DNA of 64,000 nucleotides, from contig OX597819.1 of the NCBI GenBank assembly GCA_951406725.2, forward strand, positions 21,018,001-21,082,000, given 5' to 3'. Source of the DNA: Octopus vulgaris (taxonomy: Eukaryota). Under the pieces are notes generated by a model. That model was not told the origin of the DNA and did no database searches. It saw only the letters and a list, made by a program, of their open reading frames with translations. The position numbers were made by a program, and so were the translations under genes. Shown here in pieces: positions 27,870-44,356 of the stretch; within the stretch, counting starts at the first letter, position 1, and each line of letters starts with the position of its first letter.

Positions 27870-27870
<1 letters not shown>

Positions 27871-28025
27871 CTCCTTTACTCCTTTACTCCTTTACTTGTT
27901 TCAGTTATTTGACTGCGGCCATGCTGGAGCACCGCCTTTAGTCGAGCAACTCGACCCTGGGACTTATTCTTTTTGTAAGCCCAGTACTTATTCTATCGGT
28001 CTCTTTTTGCCGAACCGCTAAGTGA
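27870..28025 (-). mobile_element. SINE family A 3' part
   Basis: Matches 17365-17515. Confidence 0.85.
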
Positions 28026-28054
28026 CATATATGTACATATATATGTATATATAT

Positions 28055-29060
28055 ATCAATAATTAAGTGTAAAATCAATTAGTTAGTAATTAATTTCACC
28101 AAGTAGTGTTCAGTATGTAAAAGGACCATTCAAGGCGTATTCAAAATATTACGTTATATAATTAGGGCTTAGTAAAATAAATTACTTTGCTACATACTGA
28201 AATTATTAGAAATAGCAGCCAAAAAGTTTTTTAGCTATTTCCACTACTTTAAGAAAAAGTCTCTCAGACAGTGTTTACTCAAACATAACTCACGAAGATA
28301 TGGAGGGAAAACAGTAAAATATCACATGTACAAAGATTATTTGAGAACGCTCACGTTCTAGATCAGCCGAAATAAAACTCAGCATTTTTTCGTCAGCTCA
28401 ACATTTCTTAATTTGGATTTGAAAGTACTAAAACAATGAACATACCCGTCCGATAATGAATCACCTCAGACAAATATCTTCAAACTGCCAGTACTAGCAA
28501 ATTCAAAATGTACAAGTGAAGATTCATGTTTTTCCCGCTTCCACCCACGTGAGTTATCTAGTAAACATACTATAACGGTGAGAACCGCAGTAAAAGAGCA
28601 GGGAGAAAGGAATTATATTATCAATAATTAAGGGTAAAATCAATTAGTTATTAATTAATTTCACCAAGTAGTGTTCAGTATGTAAAAGGACCATTCAAGG
28701 TGTATTCAAAATATTACGTTATATAATTAGGGCTTAGTAAAATAAGGTTGAAGATGTTTGTCAGAGGTGATTCATTATCGGACGGGTATGTTCGTTTTTT
28801 TAGTGCTTTCAAATCCAAAGTAAGAAATGTTGAGCTGACGAAAGAAATGCTGAGTTTTATTTCGGCTGATCTAGAAACGTGAGCGTTCTCAAATAATCTT
28901 TGTACATGTGATATTTTACTGTTTTCCCTCAATATCTTCGAGAGTTATTTTTGAGTAAACACTATCTGGGAGACTTTTCTTAAAGTAGTGGAAATAGGTA
29001 AAAAATTTTTTTGGCTGCTATTTCTAATAATCTCGGTATGTGGCAAAGTAATTTATTTTA

Positions 29061-29064
<4 letters not shown>
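28055..29064. mobile_element. PLE-type composite: tandem terminal repeat plus 315-bp inverted copy, two HHRs
   Basis: 28055-28180 is repeated directly at 28620-28745; 28170-28485 is inverted at 28747-29064; (TA)n on both sides. Confidence 0.85.
28830..28892 (+). ncRNA. Hammerhead motif with complete three-way junction
   Basis: ttgag CTGACGA aagaaat-gctgag-ttttat-ttcggc-tgatcta GAAA cg-tgag-cg TT ctcaa; the mirror copy at 28341-28401 lacks one A of GAAA. Confidence 0.8.
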
Positions 29065-29106
<42 letters not shown>

Positions 29107-29289
29107 AGTGCGTGTGTGTGTGTGTGTATGTGTGTGTGTGTGTATATATTCTATCTATTTATTAGTGCAGTTGATGATGGCACTGCATTTAAATTGATAT
29201 AATGATCGCATTATTCTGATGGTTATTTTGATTTTATATAAACCCACACATACACCCCACCACACGCACATATATATATATATATAATG

Positions 29290-29438
29290 GTGTCATTGAG
29301 ACCCAAATGTGTCAGATAATGCTGAATAAGTGCTGGATATTATTATTAATTAATATCCTAGAAACAGCTGTAAGACTTATCTGTAAATGCTCTAATATCT
29401 ATACAGCCTTGGTTTTATTTATCTCATTACGCAAAAAG

Positions 29439-29440
<2 letters not shown>
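29290..29440 (+). mobile_element. PLE terminal-repeat fragment with decayed HHR
   Basis: ggatatt...aatatcc stem, then GAAA cagctg TA agac (29361-29376); 5' core not recognisable; between (TA)n tracts. Confidence 0.5.
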
Positions 29441-29494
<54 letters not shown>

Positions 29495-29503
29495 TATATA
29501 AAT

Positions 29504-29543
<40 letters not shown>

Positions 29544-29894
29544 AACTAAATACGAAACTAAATACTTCAAGAGTTTAGTATGTACGTTGCAGGAGTTTGG
29601 ATGCTGAATTTTGTAACAGCTGGTTATTTCACTTTCGTGATTCATGTTGTCAAACATTTTGTCTCGGAGTATTTAAAGAAACCAGGTCATGAGGTTATGC
29701 AGATATATTCTGGGAAATGGCAAATGATTTTTGAAAAAGGATAAAAATGAAAATTTTCAGTGCATTATAGCTGAAGTCTTTGATGATTTTATTGAATATG
29801 TTGAGATGTATGTCGTCCACAGGAAAATTACTTTGAATTCTATCGTACATAGGAAACACTTAGCTGTTCGACTGAAAAAAAATCGGTGCATCAT

Positions 29895-29952
<58 letters not shown>

Positions 29953-30048
29953 GAGAGATTGATATAGATAGATAAATAATAGATATATGCGCGGCTCTGT
30001 GTACAGTGTTTATATTTGAAAGTTCTTATATGTGATTATGATCAAAGG

Positions 30049-30080
<32 letters not shown>

Positions 30081-30082
30081 CA

Positions 30083-30125
<43 letters not shown>

Positions 30126-30773
30126 TCTGTGTATGTTATCGGTTGTAGGTCTTTCGAAGTTTATCTATATGTCTATTTATCTATATGTCTGTGTGTGGTT
30201 ATTTCCTCTATATTCATGTAATAAAATACATTAATGTGTAAAATACAGCGTTCGTATTTATTGATTTCCTTCCCCAAAACTAGTTATAGCAAGGAATTGA
30301 AAACTTAGCGCCATATAAAGGAATCAGAATTTGACAATAATGGTAGTTAGTAGTGTTCTGATTTTAAATATAAAAAAAATATTGGAGGAATATCTAACAT
30401 AAATAACATTTAAAAGCGTGACAAACTGGGTTACTATATACAAGTATACAAGCAAATGACTGTTTCACAAAGTGGCTGTCACAAACACACACACAACAAA
30501 AAAGAAACATCCAAATGCGCACACGCATCTATCACAGCAGATCGAAGATACGAAAACAGAGAAGGGAATTATATTCGCTTAAGAATGGGAATGGAAAACA
30601 GTTTTTTTTTTACTTCAAAGAAATGTTTTTAAGTTGTTGTTATTAGTTTTAACATACGTGCATTATCAGAGAGGCACGTAGAAATATATAGAAATTTAGA
30701 CACATTAAGGCACGCAGAAAATCAGATATGCGCAAATGCATATAATGTGAGTGTGTGTGTATGTGTGGAAATA

Positions 30774-30807
30774 TTTTATGTTTCGAGCATAAGCTCTTCA
30801 ACAGAAA
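30774..30807 (-). ncRNA. Minimal hammerhead motif, U6 variant
   Basis: ttt CTGTTGA a gagc-ttat-gctc GAAA ca TA aaa; same family as 59259-59294. Confidence 0.65.
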
Positions 30808-31409
30808 GAAGCACGAGAAAATAAACAAAGAATAATAAAGAGAATAAAAAAGAAAATGTTACTAGCTAGTGGTCAATACATATATATATATATATATATA
30901 CATACATAATGCACAAACACAAATATATATATATATACATACACAAACACAAATATATATATATATATACATACACAAACACAAATATATATATATATAT
31001 ATATACAAATATATATATATATATATATATATACATAAATACACAAACACAAATACACAAATATATATATATATATATATATATACATACACACACATTA
31101 TTATTAAAATTATGATTTAAAGTATCTAAGAGATACCATCTTCCTTCATGGTAGATATAGCAGCCATAACGTGACACTAAAAGCACATTAAATGTTCATA
31201 CAGCACCGGGAGAGAAGACAAAGAGACGAAGTAAACTAGAAAAAAAAAATATATATATATATATATTGGATAATTCCAGAGCCCGGATTTCTGGATCTGG
31301 ATTTTTTTATCTATTTAAATGAAGATATTTCCTCCGTCTGGCTGCTTTTCGTTCTACAAAGCGTTAGGTTACATTGCGGGAGAGTTATTTTTACGAGTTG
31401 TATTTATAT

Positions 31410-31512
31410 ATCACCTGATGAAATACATTTGCATCGCCGGGTGCTCTTGAACTAGTTGTTGAATGTCCCACCCAAGAGGGATCGATGCTAGATGTGTCGA
31501 AACAATTGTGAT
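31410..31512 (+). ncRNA. Hammerhead motif with long stem II; cleavage site apparently deleted
   Basis: atcac CTGATGA, stem II atacattt/agatgtgt, gcatcg/cgatgc, ctcttg/caagag, GAAA, palindromic caattg, then tgat. Confidence 0.65.
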
Positions 31513-31556
31513 TAATAATAAATTCTCGTATATTCCATCTTCTGTCTTTCATTTGT

Positions 31557-31587
<31 letters not shown>

Positions 31588-33679
31588 GTATGTGTGTATA
31601 TATATGTATGTGTGTATGTATATGGCTGGGTTATATGTGTATGTATGCGTGCGTGTATGTTTTGTGCATTTATATTTGTGTTTCCTCCCCTCACTACCAT
31701 CTCTTGCCCAGCAATGTTGTTTCCTGTATATTCATATAGATTATCGATTTGGCAAAAAGACCGATCAAATATGTACCACATTTTCAAAAAAATAACTTCT
31801 CGAGTAATATTTTTCAACTAAACCCTTGAAGACGATTCTTCAGCACGGATGAAGTTCAATGACTTAAAGAAATAAACAAAATTATAAAAGACATCAGAGT
31901 ACGATCAATATCTATTCTACAAATATTTCTATTCTATGGATCATTGCAATGTTTAAGATTACACATAATATGTAAATATATGCAATTTAGGGCTGTGTAT
32001 TTTCCGAAAAAGGACGCATTTTTAACTGCATCATCACTGTTCATTAAATAATAGATTTTGTATATCTCCTTCCCTCAGATTGTATTCTTTTAGACAACAT
32101 TTAAATAACACTGGACACATTTTACTTTTCTAAGCGAAGTATTTAACACTTATGACAATTTGTATCAGGGAAAAATTTGTGAATTATATTATGAACTGTT
32201 TGCTAGCGGGCAGATAGTCAGTAACTTAGAAATCGAAAGAATATTTATACTGTGAAAGTAGAGATAAACTTTGGTTGTTGCAGTTTTGATCTTCTGTAGG
32301 TAATCTAATTCTTTCAGTTAATTATTCATGCTGGGTCACTTCATTTCGGGCTCTATTTCAGAAAAGGATACGACATGTTACTCCTCAAAAATATAATTGT
32401 TAGCAAGAGCAACTTCACACAAGCTCGACACGATTCAAACATATTACGTTCTTTTTAAAACGTACAGTGATAACGTTGTCATATATTTAAGCAAAAATCA
32501 TTAGTCATGATGGATCAGAAGCTAGAGGAAACATGCTTTTTCTGTAGTCAAGATTATTGGAAGAAGGTTGAAACGACAAGAAAAACTTCAGCAATACACA
32601 CAAAGCGCAACCCGAAGGCATATAGAACTATGTTCTCACACGAATCGAAATCTATCATTGTACAAATAACAGGGTTTCCAACAATGGTATGCTAAGAGAA
32701 TATTTAGCTGGACTTTACACACTGCGATTCATATTTTATATACTCGTCATAAGTTACACATGGAACAATTTAGGTTTAATGAAATACAAGCTTTCGGAAG
32801 TAGATTCCACGGATATTGTTAATCCCAACGATGGAAAAACAGGATATTGTTTTCTAGGTCCTCAAAATTTTCATTGATTTGACAATCCCAATGAAACTAG
32901 TCTTTATGGAATAACAGAAATATACTCTCGCAATTACACGCTACGCAAAGGAATAAATACAGCACTCAATAACTCCAAATTTAAAAAATAACGAGTTACC
33001 TAAAAGTGACAAAATAATAGGCTTGTCCCCATCAATGAAAACCAAAATATTTCAGAAGCACCGCCTTACTCTACATGAGAAACAAACTAATATGAATTGA
33101 AAAGACATTGTTGCTAATTAAATAATAATCAGAGTAATTAAATAATAATCTGGGTAAGACACATTCCGTTTCTACGAATGGTCGAGGAACTGCGATCTAT
33201 GCTTGTCAATGGGAGAGTAAATGAAAAAAATGAACTGATCTCAATCACAGTTTCAAAAGTAAGTACCCCCATAGTAAGATCATTCAATATTTTGTTAGCA
33301 CTATCAATGTGAGATGGTTTACATTCAAAGACCCTCTTCAAATTTTAGAAGAAATCACTGGCATACGTTAAATTAGCCGAGATGTAAAACTTCAATTTAT
33401 CGGTAATTCTATGGCACACCCAATATATCTAGACCATCTAATGTGTTAAGGTGCCCAACAAACACTTAATATAACTTTAGCGAGTCACATGTTGAATGAA
33501 ATATTAGGGTCCTGTACAAGAAAACTATGTTCTATCTCATTGTAGAACTATATTGCAGTCGCCTTTTTAAATATCAAATTTACTTTTTAAAGGGATCTAT
33601 TATTGCAATTAATTTATATCGGGTCTAATTGAATATATTTGCTTTATGAATCTATTATAAAAAGTGTAAAGATCCCCTC

Positions 33680-33950
33680 CGGTTATGAATGTCGATGGGA
33701 TTAGACATATAGTGGTCTCCTCCGAGGGACTAGGCCGGGCAAGATTGCTTGTGGAAGACCAAAAATCACCCAAGCATACAGGCTCCCGTCTCCACGCCAC
33801 TAATGTTATCCAAGGGGCCAATACAGCTTGACACTAGTGACGTCACAACTCATTTCTGCAGATGAGTGAACGGGAGCAATGTGAAGTAAAGTGTCTTGCT
33901 CATGAACACAACACACAACTAGGTCCGGGGATCGAACTTACTACGTCATG
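33680..33950 (-). mobile_element. tRNA/CORE-like SINE fragment
   Basis: Minus strand gtagtaagttcgatccccggacc...gttcatgagcaagacactttacttcacattgctc; related to 62245 and 63303. Confidence 0.65.
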
Positions 33951-35095
33951 ATATATATATATATATGTGTGTGTGTGTGTACAAATATTTACAAAACAAA
34001 CGCGCGCGCACTCGCACACATATACATATATGATCGTATTTATACGTTTCGATGCATAGATGTGTATATGTGCGTGTGTTGTTATGTGTGTGTGTGTCGC
34101 TATTGTTTTAATATGTTTTAATATGCGAATATGTATATGTGCAGAGAATTTGGTACTGCAAAATTAGCTTGCAATTAAAATCCCCGATTAATTAGGTAAA
34201 ACCTGCAATAATTATATTATTTTCGATTTAAATTTCTCATATCGAGACTGAGAGAGTATTATGCTTGTTGGTTCTAATAAAGACGGGAGTTATGCTGGAA
34301 GCACTTTTATTAATATTTACAAATTTAACTGTATTAGGGAAAATAAAATAAAAACACCGAAAACACGAAGCGTAAAGCACATTTACACCACTAGCAACTA
34401 ATACAACAACAGCAGCAGCAACAACAACAACCACAAGTATAACCATTATGAAAAGAATTATAACATGAGTATGAAGAAAAGAAGAAATTACCCAACCCCT
34501 CAACCATCAAAAAGAAGTAACAAATAATAAACAAATAGCATGACAGGAAGTAAGAGGGAATTACTCTAACAACAACAACAACAAGTAATAATAATAATAA
34601 TAATAATAATGATAATAATAATGATAATAATAAACGTGGCCAAAAGCTAAAGCAAAATAGACGGACGATGTTTTATCGTCTAAGTGTTTTGTAGCATGAC
34701 AGATAATTAATACAGATGAATTACGTCTTGAAAAGACCAACCTGGAACTGTCAGATTCGGAGTTGTAAAAATAATTGACTTCCTCGGCAGTCAGGAATAG
34801 CAAAACAAAATTAACCACATAATGTTAAATAGAAAACAAATTCTCCAGGAGGTTTTACTTCTCGAATGGCAAGTCAAAATTGTCTGCTTTTAACGTGAAA
34901 GAATTGCTTTCCGATGTTTTGCTTTCATTTCATTAATCTATTTCCTTCTCCCGCGAACATTCATTTTCTGCCATTTTCTCTTTCTCTCTATCCCTTTCTA
35001 TAACTCTCTCTCAATCTCACATTTTCATTCTATATTAGGTGTCCTTGTCAATTTCACAATTTCTCTTAGTTGCCAGAAATATTTTTCATATCAAC

Positions 35096-35141
<46 letters not shown>

Positions 35142-35236
35142 ACCTTGATAATGTTGTGTTGACAAATTTTTGTACGTATTATTATCATCATGTATATTTG
35201 ACTGTGTGCTTGTTTGTATGTATATATGTGTGTATA

Positions 35237-35319
<83 letters not shown>

Positions 35320-36639
35320 CTTTTTTGTAGAAGATAAAAAATTAAATTGAGTACTTTCCGTCCTGAAACAAAATCGTACTTACAGTGATTTATAAGGCTT
35401 GGATGGGATACATGTTTATATTAAAATTTCAAATAATAAAAAAACAATAACAATAAGTAATTGTAAATTAAGATATTAGAACATGCGTTTGTAGATACTT
35501 GTATTCGAGATGGAATGAATAGACTTCGGTAATACGAGATATTTGAAGGTCAATGTCAGTTAAAAACCATGAAAAGTAAAAGTCAGTTATAAGTCTACTG
35601 CCGTTTCAGGAAATTTTAAGGGGCTGTAAGAATAGTCAGTATTCAGATCCAACAAATAATATTTCCTTCTTCAGGGTACACTGTTTGCTGTAAGGGTCAG
35701 TTAAATTCTACTTTCAATTTTGGATGATCCTGCATCAATTTCCCCAGTTAAATTTTTAATTATTTAATTATTCGTTGTGCACCTACCAATAGGAATTCAA
35801 CATGTAGAATCTAACTGAACCTTACCACAAAATTTCGTAATTTTTGAATGTTTTCAAATTTTTTATCGATAAGGGTGCACCAGACATAGGCATCACAACG
35901 ACATGTGCGCAACATAGTGATCTTAGATCAAGATAATCAGTGCATGACCTTGCAATTGGGGCCCAGTTACAAATTTGTTCAGATTGAGTATTTCATCCCA
36001 CTCACAAGTTTCCTGAATAAGGTCTCTTTAAGGATGAAGAACGAAACGCCCCTGCTTTCAGTGTTGCATTATTCAAACCCCAAAGAATTCCTCTCAATAC
36101 ATGGCTATGATGATCCTCCAGTACTTCTGCATGTGTCCAGAAATGCACAAAATGTCAGTTACCACGTTACGTGGTAAATTGGTTAAGAGCAAATTACTGA
36201 CATGCAACTTTCTGATATTGAGCAAAATATTTACTGTAGCCCATCGATTATAACAACACAGTCTTTGTGCTTGTGTTTGTTTATGTGTGTGTGTGTGTGT
36301 GTGTGTGTGTATAAGCACACGCATACACACAGTCTTTCATATATAAATAAGCATAAAAATATCCGCTTTCTTTCTATTTTTATTATTCATTGTTTCTTGT
36401 CCTGATTTTACAAAGAGAAAGCACAGGCTGTGCTGAAAGAGGTGGAGGAACGGGTAAAAGGTGCTGAAGATAATAGTATTTTACGTATAAATCTGTATAG
36501 TAAGGGAGAGAGAGAGAGAGAGAGAGAGTAAAATAATTTTCGGGTGAAAACATTGTAGAATGCCGGGCAAAGCCCCTTCACAATTATTGGTTAATATCAT
36601 TTTTCAATGATAACGTGCTTTCTGCTGCAAATACGTAGG

Positions 36640-37069
36640 TATACACACATACACACACATATATATACATATATAGATATATATGTAAATACATATATAT
36701 GCATATACATATATATACATATATATATATATACATATACATATATATACATATATATATATACATACGTATGTAAATACATATATATATATATACATAT
36801 AGATACATATATATATATATAGATATAGATACATATATATATATGTAAATATATATATGTATATACATATATATATATATAGATATAGATACATATATAT
36901 ATATATGTAAAATATATATATGTATATACATATATATATATATATAGATATAGATACATATATATATATGTAAATATATATATGTATCTACATATATATA
37001 TATATATATAGATATAGATACATATATATATATGTAAATATATATATATACATCTATATATACATATAG

Positions 37070-37113
<44 letters not shown>

Positions 37114-37209
37114 CTATATATACATATAGATACATATATATATATATATATATATATACACATCTATATATACATATAGATACATATATATATATATATA
37201 TACATATAG

Positions 37210-37246
<37 letters not shown>

Positions 37247-37261
37247 TATATATACATATAG

Positions 37262-37302
<41 letters not shown>

Positions 37303-37331
37303 CATGGATACATAGATATATAAAGATATAT

Positions 37332-37368
<37 letters not shown>

Positions 37369-37397
37369 CATGGATACATAGATATATAAAGATATAT

Positions 37398-37433
<36 letters not shown>

Positions 37434-37560
37434 ATATCTATATTTATGTATATATATACATATATACATAGAGATAGAGATAGATAGATAGATATATATA
37501 TGTACACGCACTCACACATGCACGCGTATATATATATATATGTATATGTATATATGAATA
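36640..37560. repeat. Compound (TA)n microsatellite with higher-order units
   Basis: Recurrent catctatatatacatatagatac and catggatacatagatatataaagatatattg blocks. Confidence 0.95.
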
Positions 37561-38396
37561 TAAATACAACCGCACATACATACACATCTGTGCGAGCGCG
37601 TTTGCGCATGTCTGTTCGCTCGTTCGTGCGCGTGTGAAGTTCTCATGTGTCGCGTAAGAAGCATATGTTAGTCACACAATTGCATCCGGTCCGAAATGGC
37701 AGCTCATTGGTATGAACTCGTGTCAAATTGTTTCCACTAAAAACCTATATGGTTCATACTAATTTTAAAAGCCACCATCCGATAGATTCTGAAGTACATA
37801 TTCAGAACATTTAATGAATAATTTGTTGGTGAATCTCCTGTAGCAAACGACATTCCAGGAGAAATAGTTAGTTGCCATGGCGATAATGATATAAATTAGA
37901 TATAAATCCCAACTCATTTAACGGTGATAAAGTCGCTATGAGACGTATTATTTAATCGTTAGATCTGATGACGTAGATTTTTCTTCAATATACAGCAGAG
38001 CGCATTTCCCACACTGTCAATGTATCACTAAATATCTCCAATTACGTCCCCATTTTTCACACTCTCTCACTCTCACCCATCTTTCCCGGCACCCCTCTTC
38101 TGCATTCTCATTCTCTCTCACTCCCTCATAATCAAAACTCTTTGAATAATTTCTCTATAAAATTTGTCTTTCTATTTACGCAAACACCTATCTATGGCAT
38201 ACTCACTACGTGCATCGCTTCCAATTTGAACTGTGTATTTGTTTAGGTAAACGCATGTTTGTAGGTGAGCGTACACACACACAAATATATATATATATAT
38301 ATATATATACACAAAAACGCATCTAGGTATATACTTCCATACATATATATGCATATATATATGTACATATACATACATATATATCTATTTTTCTAT

Positions 38397-38500
<104 letters not shown>

Positions 38501-39089
38501 GTATTTATGTATGCAAAGGCACAAAGAGAGCGAAAAAGAGGCAGATGCAGAGTGAGAAATAGATATACATGGATATGTGCGCATACGCACGCTTATTTAT
38601 CCACCTGTCCATATCAAGATCTACCGAACCCATTCTACCTACATTTACTACCTGGCAGCAAATTACAAATGAAAGTAGATTACACAAACTCTTACATGTA
38701 ACATACAAATTGCACTACACTATTACAGTTGTATGGTGGCTTCGTATAAATTTTCTGTCTTTATGCGTAAAATTCGGGATATTAATAAAGCCAATTTAAT
38801 GGGCATTCACTGGAATTCAAAAGGGAGGGTGGCATTATTATTTTATCTCCCACTAACCTGGTTTTCTCTTAGTAATCTCATAATGACTCTAATTTATTAC
38901 ATGTTTGCGATGGGCCTTAGTTTGTAACGTCTCTGAACTCTGTAATGATTTGAGTATATGCCAGAGTCATTATATAAAGGTTCCTGTTTCATTATAAACT
39001 TACCGATGCAACCGTAAAAAGAAGCGCCTAGAGAAACACATACATAGGAATAAGCTTCCCTTTACGTATGCTGTAAGTTTATGCCTAAC

Positions 39090-39139
<50 letters not shown>

Positions 39140-39242
39140 TATATATATACACACACACACACATATACATATATATATTTACATACACAGAAATATATAT
39201 AAATAAATATATTTGCATATACGAACACACACACACATATAT

Positions 39243-39692
39243 ATCGTGAAGTATATTTGCCACTTAAATGTGGCTAACACTTAAGGGTTGATGTTAATGT
39301 ACCTTGTAGCCCCAGGAAGACATCTCCCCCAGCTGGCTATTAACACACTCTCTGTACCCTATCAGATATGTTTCGAGATCAGTGACATTTTGTCACTGGA
39401 AAAAGTATATATATTTGCATTGGGAGCCACTTCCTATCGCCAACCGGTGGTTGTCCCACCCTGATGACGGGTCAATACCTAGAAACCCAGTTCTGTGTGT
39501 ATCACGCCATGTTGGAGACGGGAAGGATGACTTCCCTTTGCAAATACTGATAGGTCACAGTCAGTGTGCCAATAGCCAACTGGAGGAGATGTCTTCCTGC
39601 GGCTACAAGCTATATTAGCATCAACCCATAAGAGGCAGACACATTTTCACGGTGTCGTACAGCTACTGATAATACCTCGCCCAGATATTTAT
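39243..39692. mobile_element. Inverted-repeat PLE-type element with central HHR and 3' tail
   Basis: Arms 39285-39368 / 39544-39627; CTGATGA cgggtcaataccta GAAA at 39461-39485; same family at 54845-55120. Confidence 0.75.
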
Positions 39693-39959
39693 TATTGCTT
39701 ATACATACATATATATATATATATATACATACGTTTGAATGTATATACATGAATGTGCGGCGGTTTTGTGTCTGTGCTTGTTATCCGATCACCGCTTATG
39801 TCCCCATAACTTCGTACTTCAACGAAAGGGGCCGGCAAAAGGAGTACTAGCTTTACAAAAAATGTGTTGTGGTTGATTTTTTCGGATAAGACCACCAGCA
39901 AAGCCGTGCCCCCGCGTTATCGCAGTGATGTGACTTCAGCAAGTAGAAGAATGCAAGAA

Positions 39960-41685
<1,726 letters not shown>

Positions 41686-42650
41686 ATGGCCCTTTCAGAC
41701 ATGCCCTCAGTTACTACGATGGCCACCCTCGCTAGCTATGCAGATGACACAAAAGTTTCCCACACAATACAAAACCCTGAAGATATTGCGCATCTGCAAC
41801 AGGAGTTGGATACAATATACAGGTGGGCGGAGGACAACAACATGCAGTCTAATGCAGGTAAGTTCCAGGCCCTGCGCTACCGGCACACAAAGGTAAACGA
41901 CGTGCAGACTGGATACATTGGCCCAGGAAGAATTGCAATCTCTGAGTCATAATCAGTGCCTGGGGTATTGACATGAGCAATGATGCATCTTTCCAAGTGC
42001 ATATTACTAATCTGGTGATAAAATGCTGACGGTTAGCTGGATGGATTCTCCGAACTTTCAGAACAAGAGGGAAAGAGACACTGATGGTCCTCTGGCAAAC
42101 ATTCGTCCTCAGCCGCTTGGACTACTGCTCCCAACTATGGTCACCACACAATATAAAACTAACAGCAGAACTCGAAGCAATTCAAAGAAGCTACACAAAG
42201 AAGATCGTCTCAATGCAAAATATCAGCTACTGGGTAAGATTGAAAGTATTAAACCTCTTCTCCCTAGAGCGAAGGCGGGAGAGATATGCGGTGATATACA
42301 TCTGGAAAATCCCCAAGGGTCTTGTCCAAAACTTTGGCATTCAAACTTACCCCAACCGCAGAACGGAGTACTACTCTATGGTGCCAAAGATTCCAACATC
42401 ACCATAAAAATACAGGATCAGATACTGCAACAGCTTGGGTTTCAGAGTAATACAGGTCTTTAACATCCTCCTTAAATGCCTGAGAGACTTGCATGGTGTG
42501 GATGTGGGTTTATTTAAAACTAAACTGGATCTCTTCTTGTCGGGGGTCCCAGATGAACCTATCTCACCACAGGAGACACAGATGCGGGCAGCGGCATCGA
42601 ACTCCCTTGTTGATCAAATGCCACGTATCATAGGTGGATTTACATATTAG
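41686..42650 (+). mobile_element. CR1/L2-like LINE RT C-terminal half (decayed)
   Basis: [64 protein letters not shown]; stops and frameshifts. Confidence 0.9.
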
Positions 42651-42719
42651 TGTTCATACCCTTATTCGGTTCTCTCGATGTTTACTTTACGTAATACAGT
42701 CGGGACGGTCAGATATCCT

Positions 42720-43080
42720 GAATATCCACTAAGTCGAAAAAGAAGCATAGTTAATAGATATTGTAATGGCAGGCTATTGGAGGTTTAAATGTAAGGAAAC
42801 GGAAAAGAATGAGAAACAGCAGCCACTGCCGAACGAGATAGGAAAGTTAGGAGACATGACGAAAATAATAGTGATACCTGTGGTAAGTGGAGCATTAGGA
42901 GTAGTTTCCAAGAGCTTTGAAAAATATATTAAAAACATTGGACCTGCTGTCAGGCTCGAAGTGATCCAAAATACAATATTGTTGGGTACAGCTCGCATTC
43001 TAAAGTGAGTATTGTCTCTTAGAGTTACAGTAGAAGGCGCTACTTGAAATCCTTGGTGATTTGTTATTGCCTGATTTCAA
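42720..43080 (+). mobile_element. R4/Dong-like LINE extreme 3' fragment
   Basis: IVIPVVSGALGVVSK...IQNTILLGTARILK. Confidence 0.8.
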
Positions 43081-44316
43081 ATAAGGAACAACCGGAAAGT
43101 AAGAACTCTGCGACAGTCTTTGAGAATAATAATGATAATAATGGTTTGAAATGTTGGCATTACATGAAATATGCTGGAAATTCTAAGCCAATTTATTCCC
43201 TTGTATTCCTTGCACGTATGTGTTTGCGTGTTTTTGTTATGTGTGGTACTTATTTTACACATACATACGCACGCACACATACGTACCTACACACACATAT
43301 TTATGTATGTATGTATATTTATACATTGTTATTATGCAGCTTCTTGCAATATCAATACCCATCGTACCATCTTTTGGTAGTTATTGGTTCCCAATAGAAA
43401 CCTTTCCAGGGAATTTTGATTGTCCTAAAATATCAGTTTTTCATTGGCTCTTTTTGTTCCCGTTATGCTTGTTCTCGCTGAAGAATTTTATTCGTAGCTG
43501 AAAATATTCTCAGAATAGCTATGTAACGTATTCCCCTTAACGCGGAATTTTATCTGATCTGTTATGCCTCAATCGTTGCTTACAGTTTGAATATCAAAGA
43601 AATCTGTCGCTGTCCAACTTAGCTGTCAACTGTTTAGAAAAAAGAACTGGCTCCGTTATATGTCCGAAAGTTCAAAGTTTTTAGTTCTATACCAGAATTG
43701 ATCAGTATTCTTTAGTCATGTTCGGGATATAATCAGAATAGTATTCTAAAATTCTCGGTTACACTTTGGTGACATTCAGCGCTGTAGACATGGAATATCT
43801 TTACATTCTCAACACTAATGCATGTTATTGTAGAACTGTTCTCGCTCTTTTCCTTTAAAGAATTACATTTCGAAATACAATTGGTTTTGAAAAGCCAAAT
43901 GTAATTCGGAAGTGGAGTAGCGTTCTTCTTAAGCTTGAATCTAAACGAATAGGTCTGCTGTGAGTGCATTTCTCTCAAAATCGCTATCAGCGATACCTGT
44001 TCAACCTCTACACTTCTACTTACTTTTGTTGGATTTTTATGGTATTTCTTTAGTGACTTATCTACGGTTAAGTACAAACCTATTCGTCTTTCTATAATTG
44101 CGTTCATATGTGATTTATGTCTAGTGTGTATTTATCAGCGTAGCTGATGGAAACTTATGATCCTAAGAATTCATATCGTTGTGGCTTCATATATGTAAAT
44201 GTATGTGTGTGTACGTAAATATACAGCTGATGATGTAAATGTATGTGTGTGCGTGCGTTTGTGTATGCGTGTGTCTGTGTGGGGGTTTAAAGTATATGCA
44301 TTCATGCATATGAATT

Positions 44317-44351
<35 letters not shown>

Positions 44352-44356
<5 letters not shown>

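Noticed and set aside
32100-33400. Possible degraded LTR-retrotransposon pol fragment
   Set aside because: Only faint peptide echoes; cannot be supported without a database search.
37962-37982. CTGATGA core-like heptamer
   Set aside because: No GAAA or stems at suitable spacing.
43400-44110. Possible hAT transposase relic on the minus strand
   Set aside because: No diagnostic motif or TIR could be confirmed by eye.
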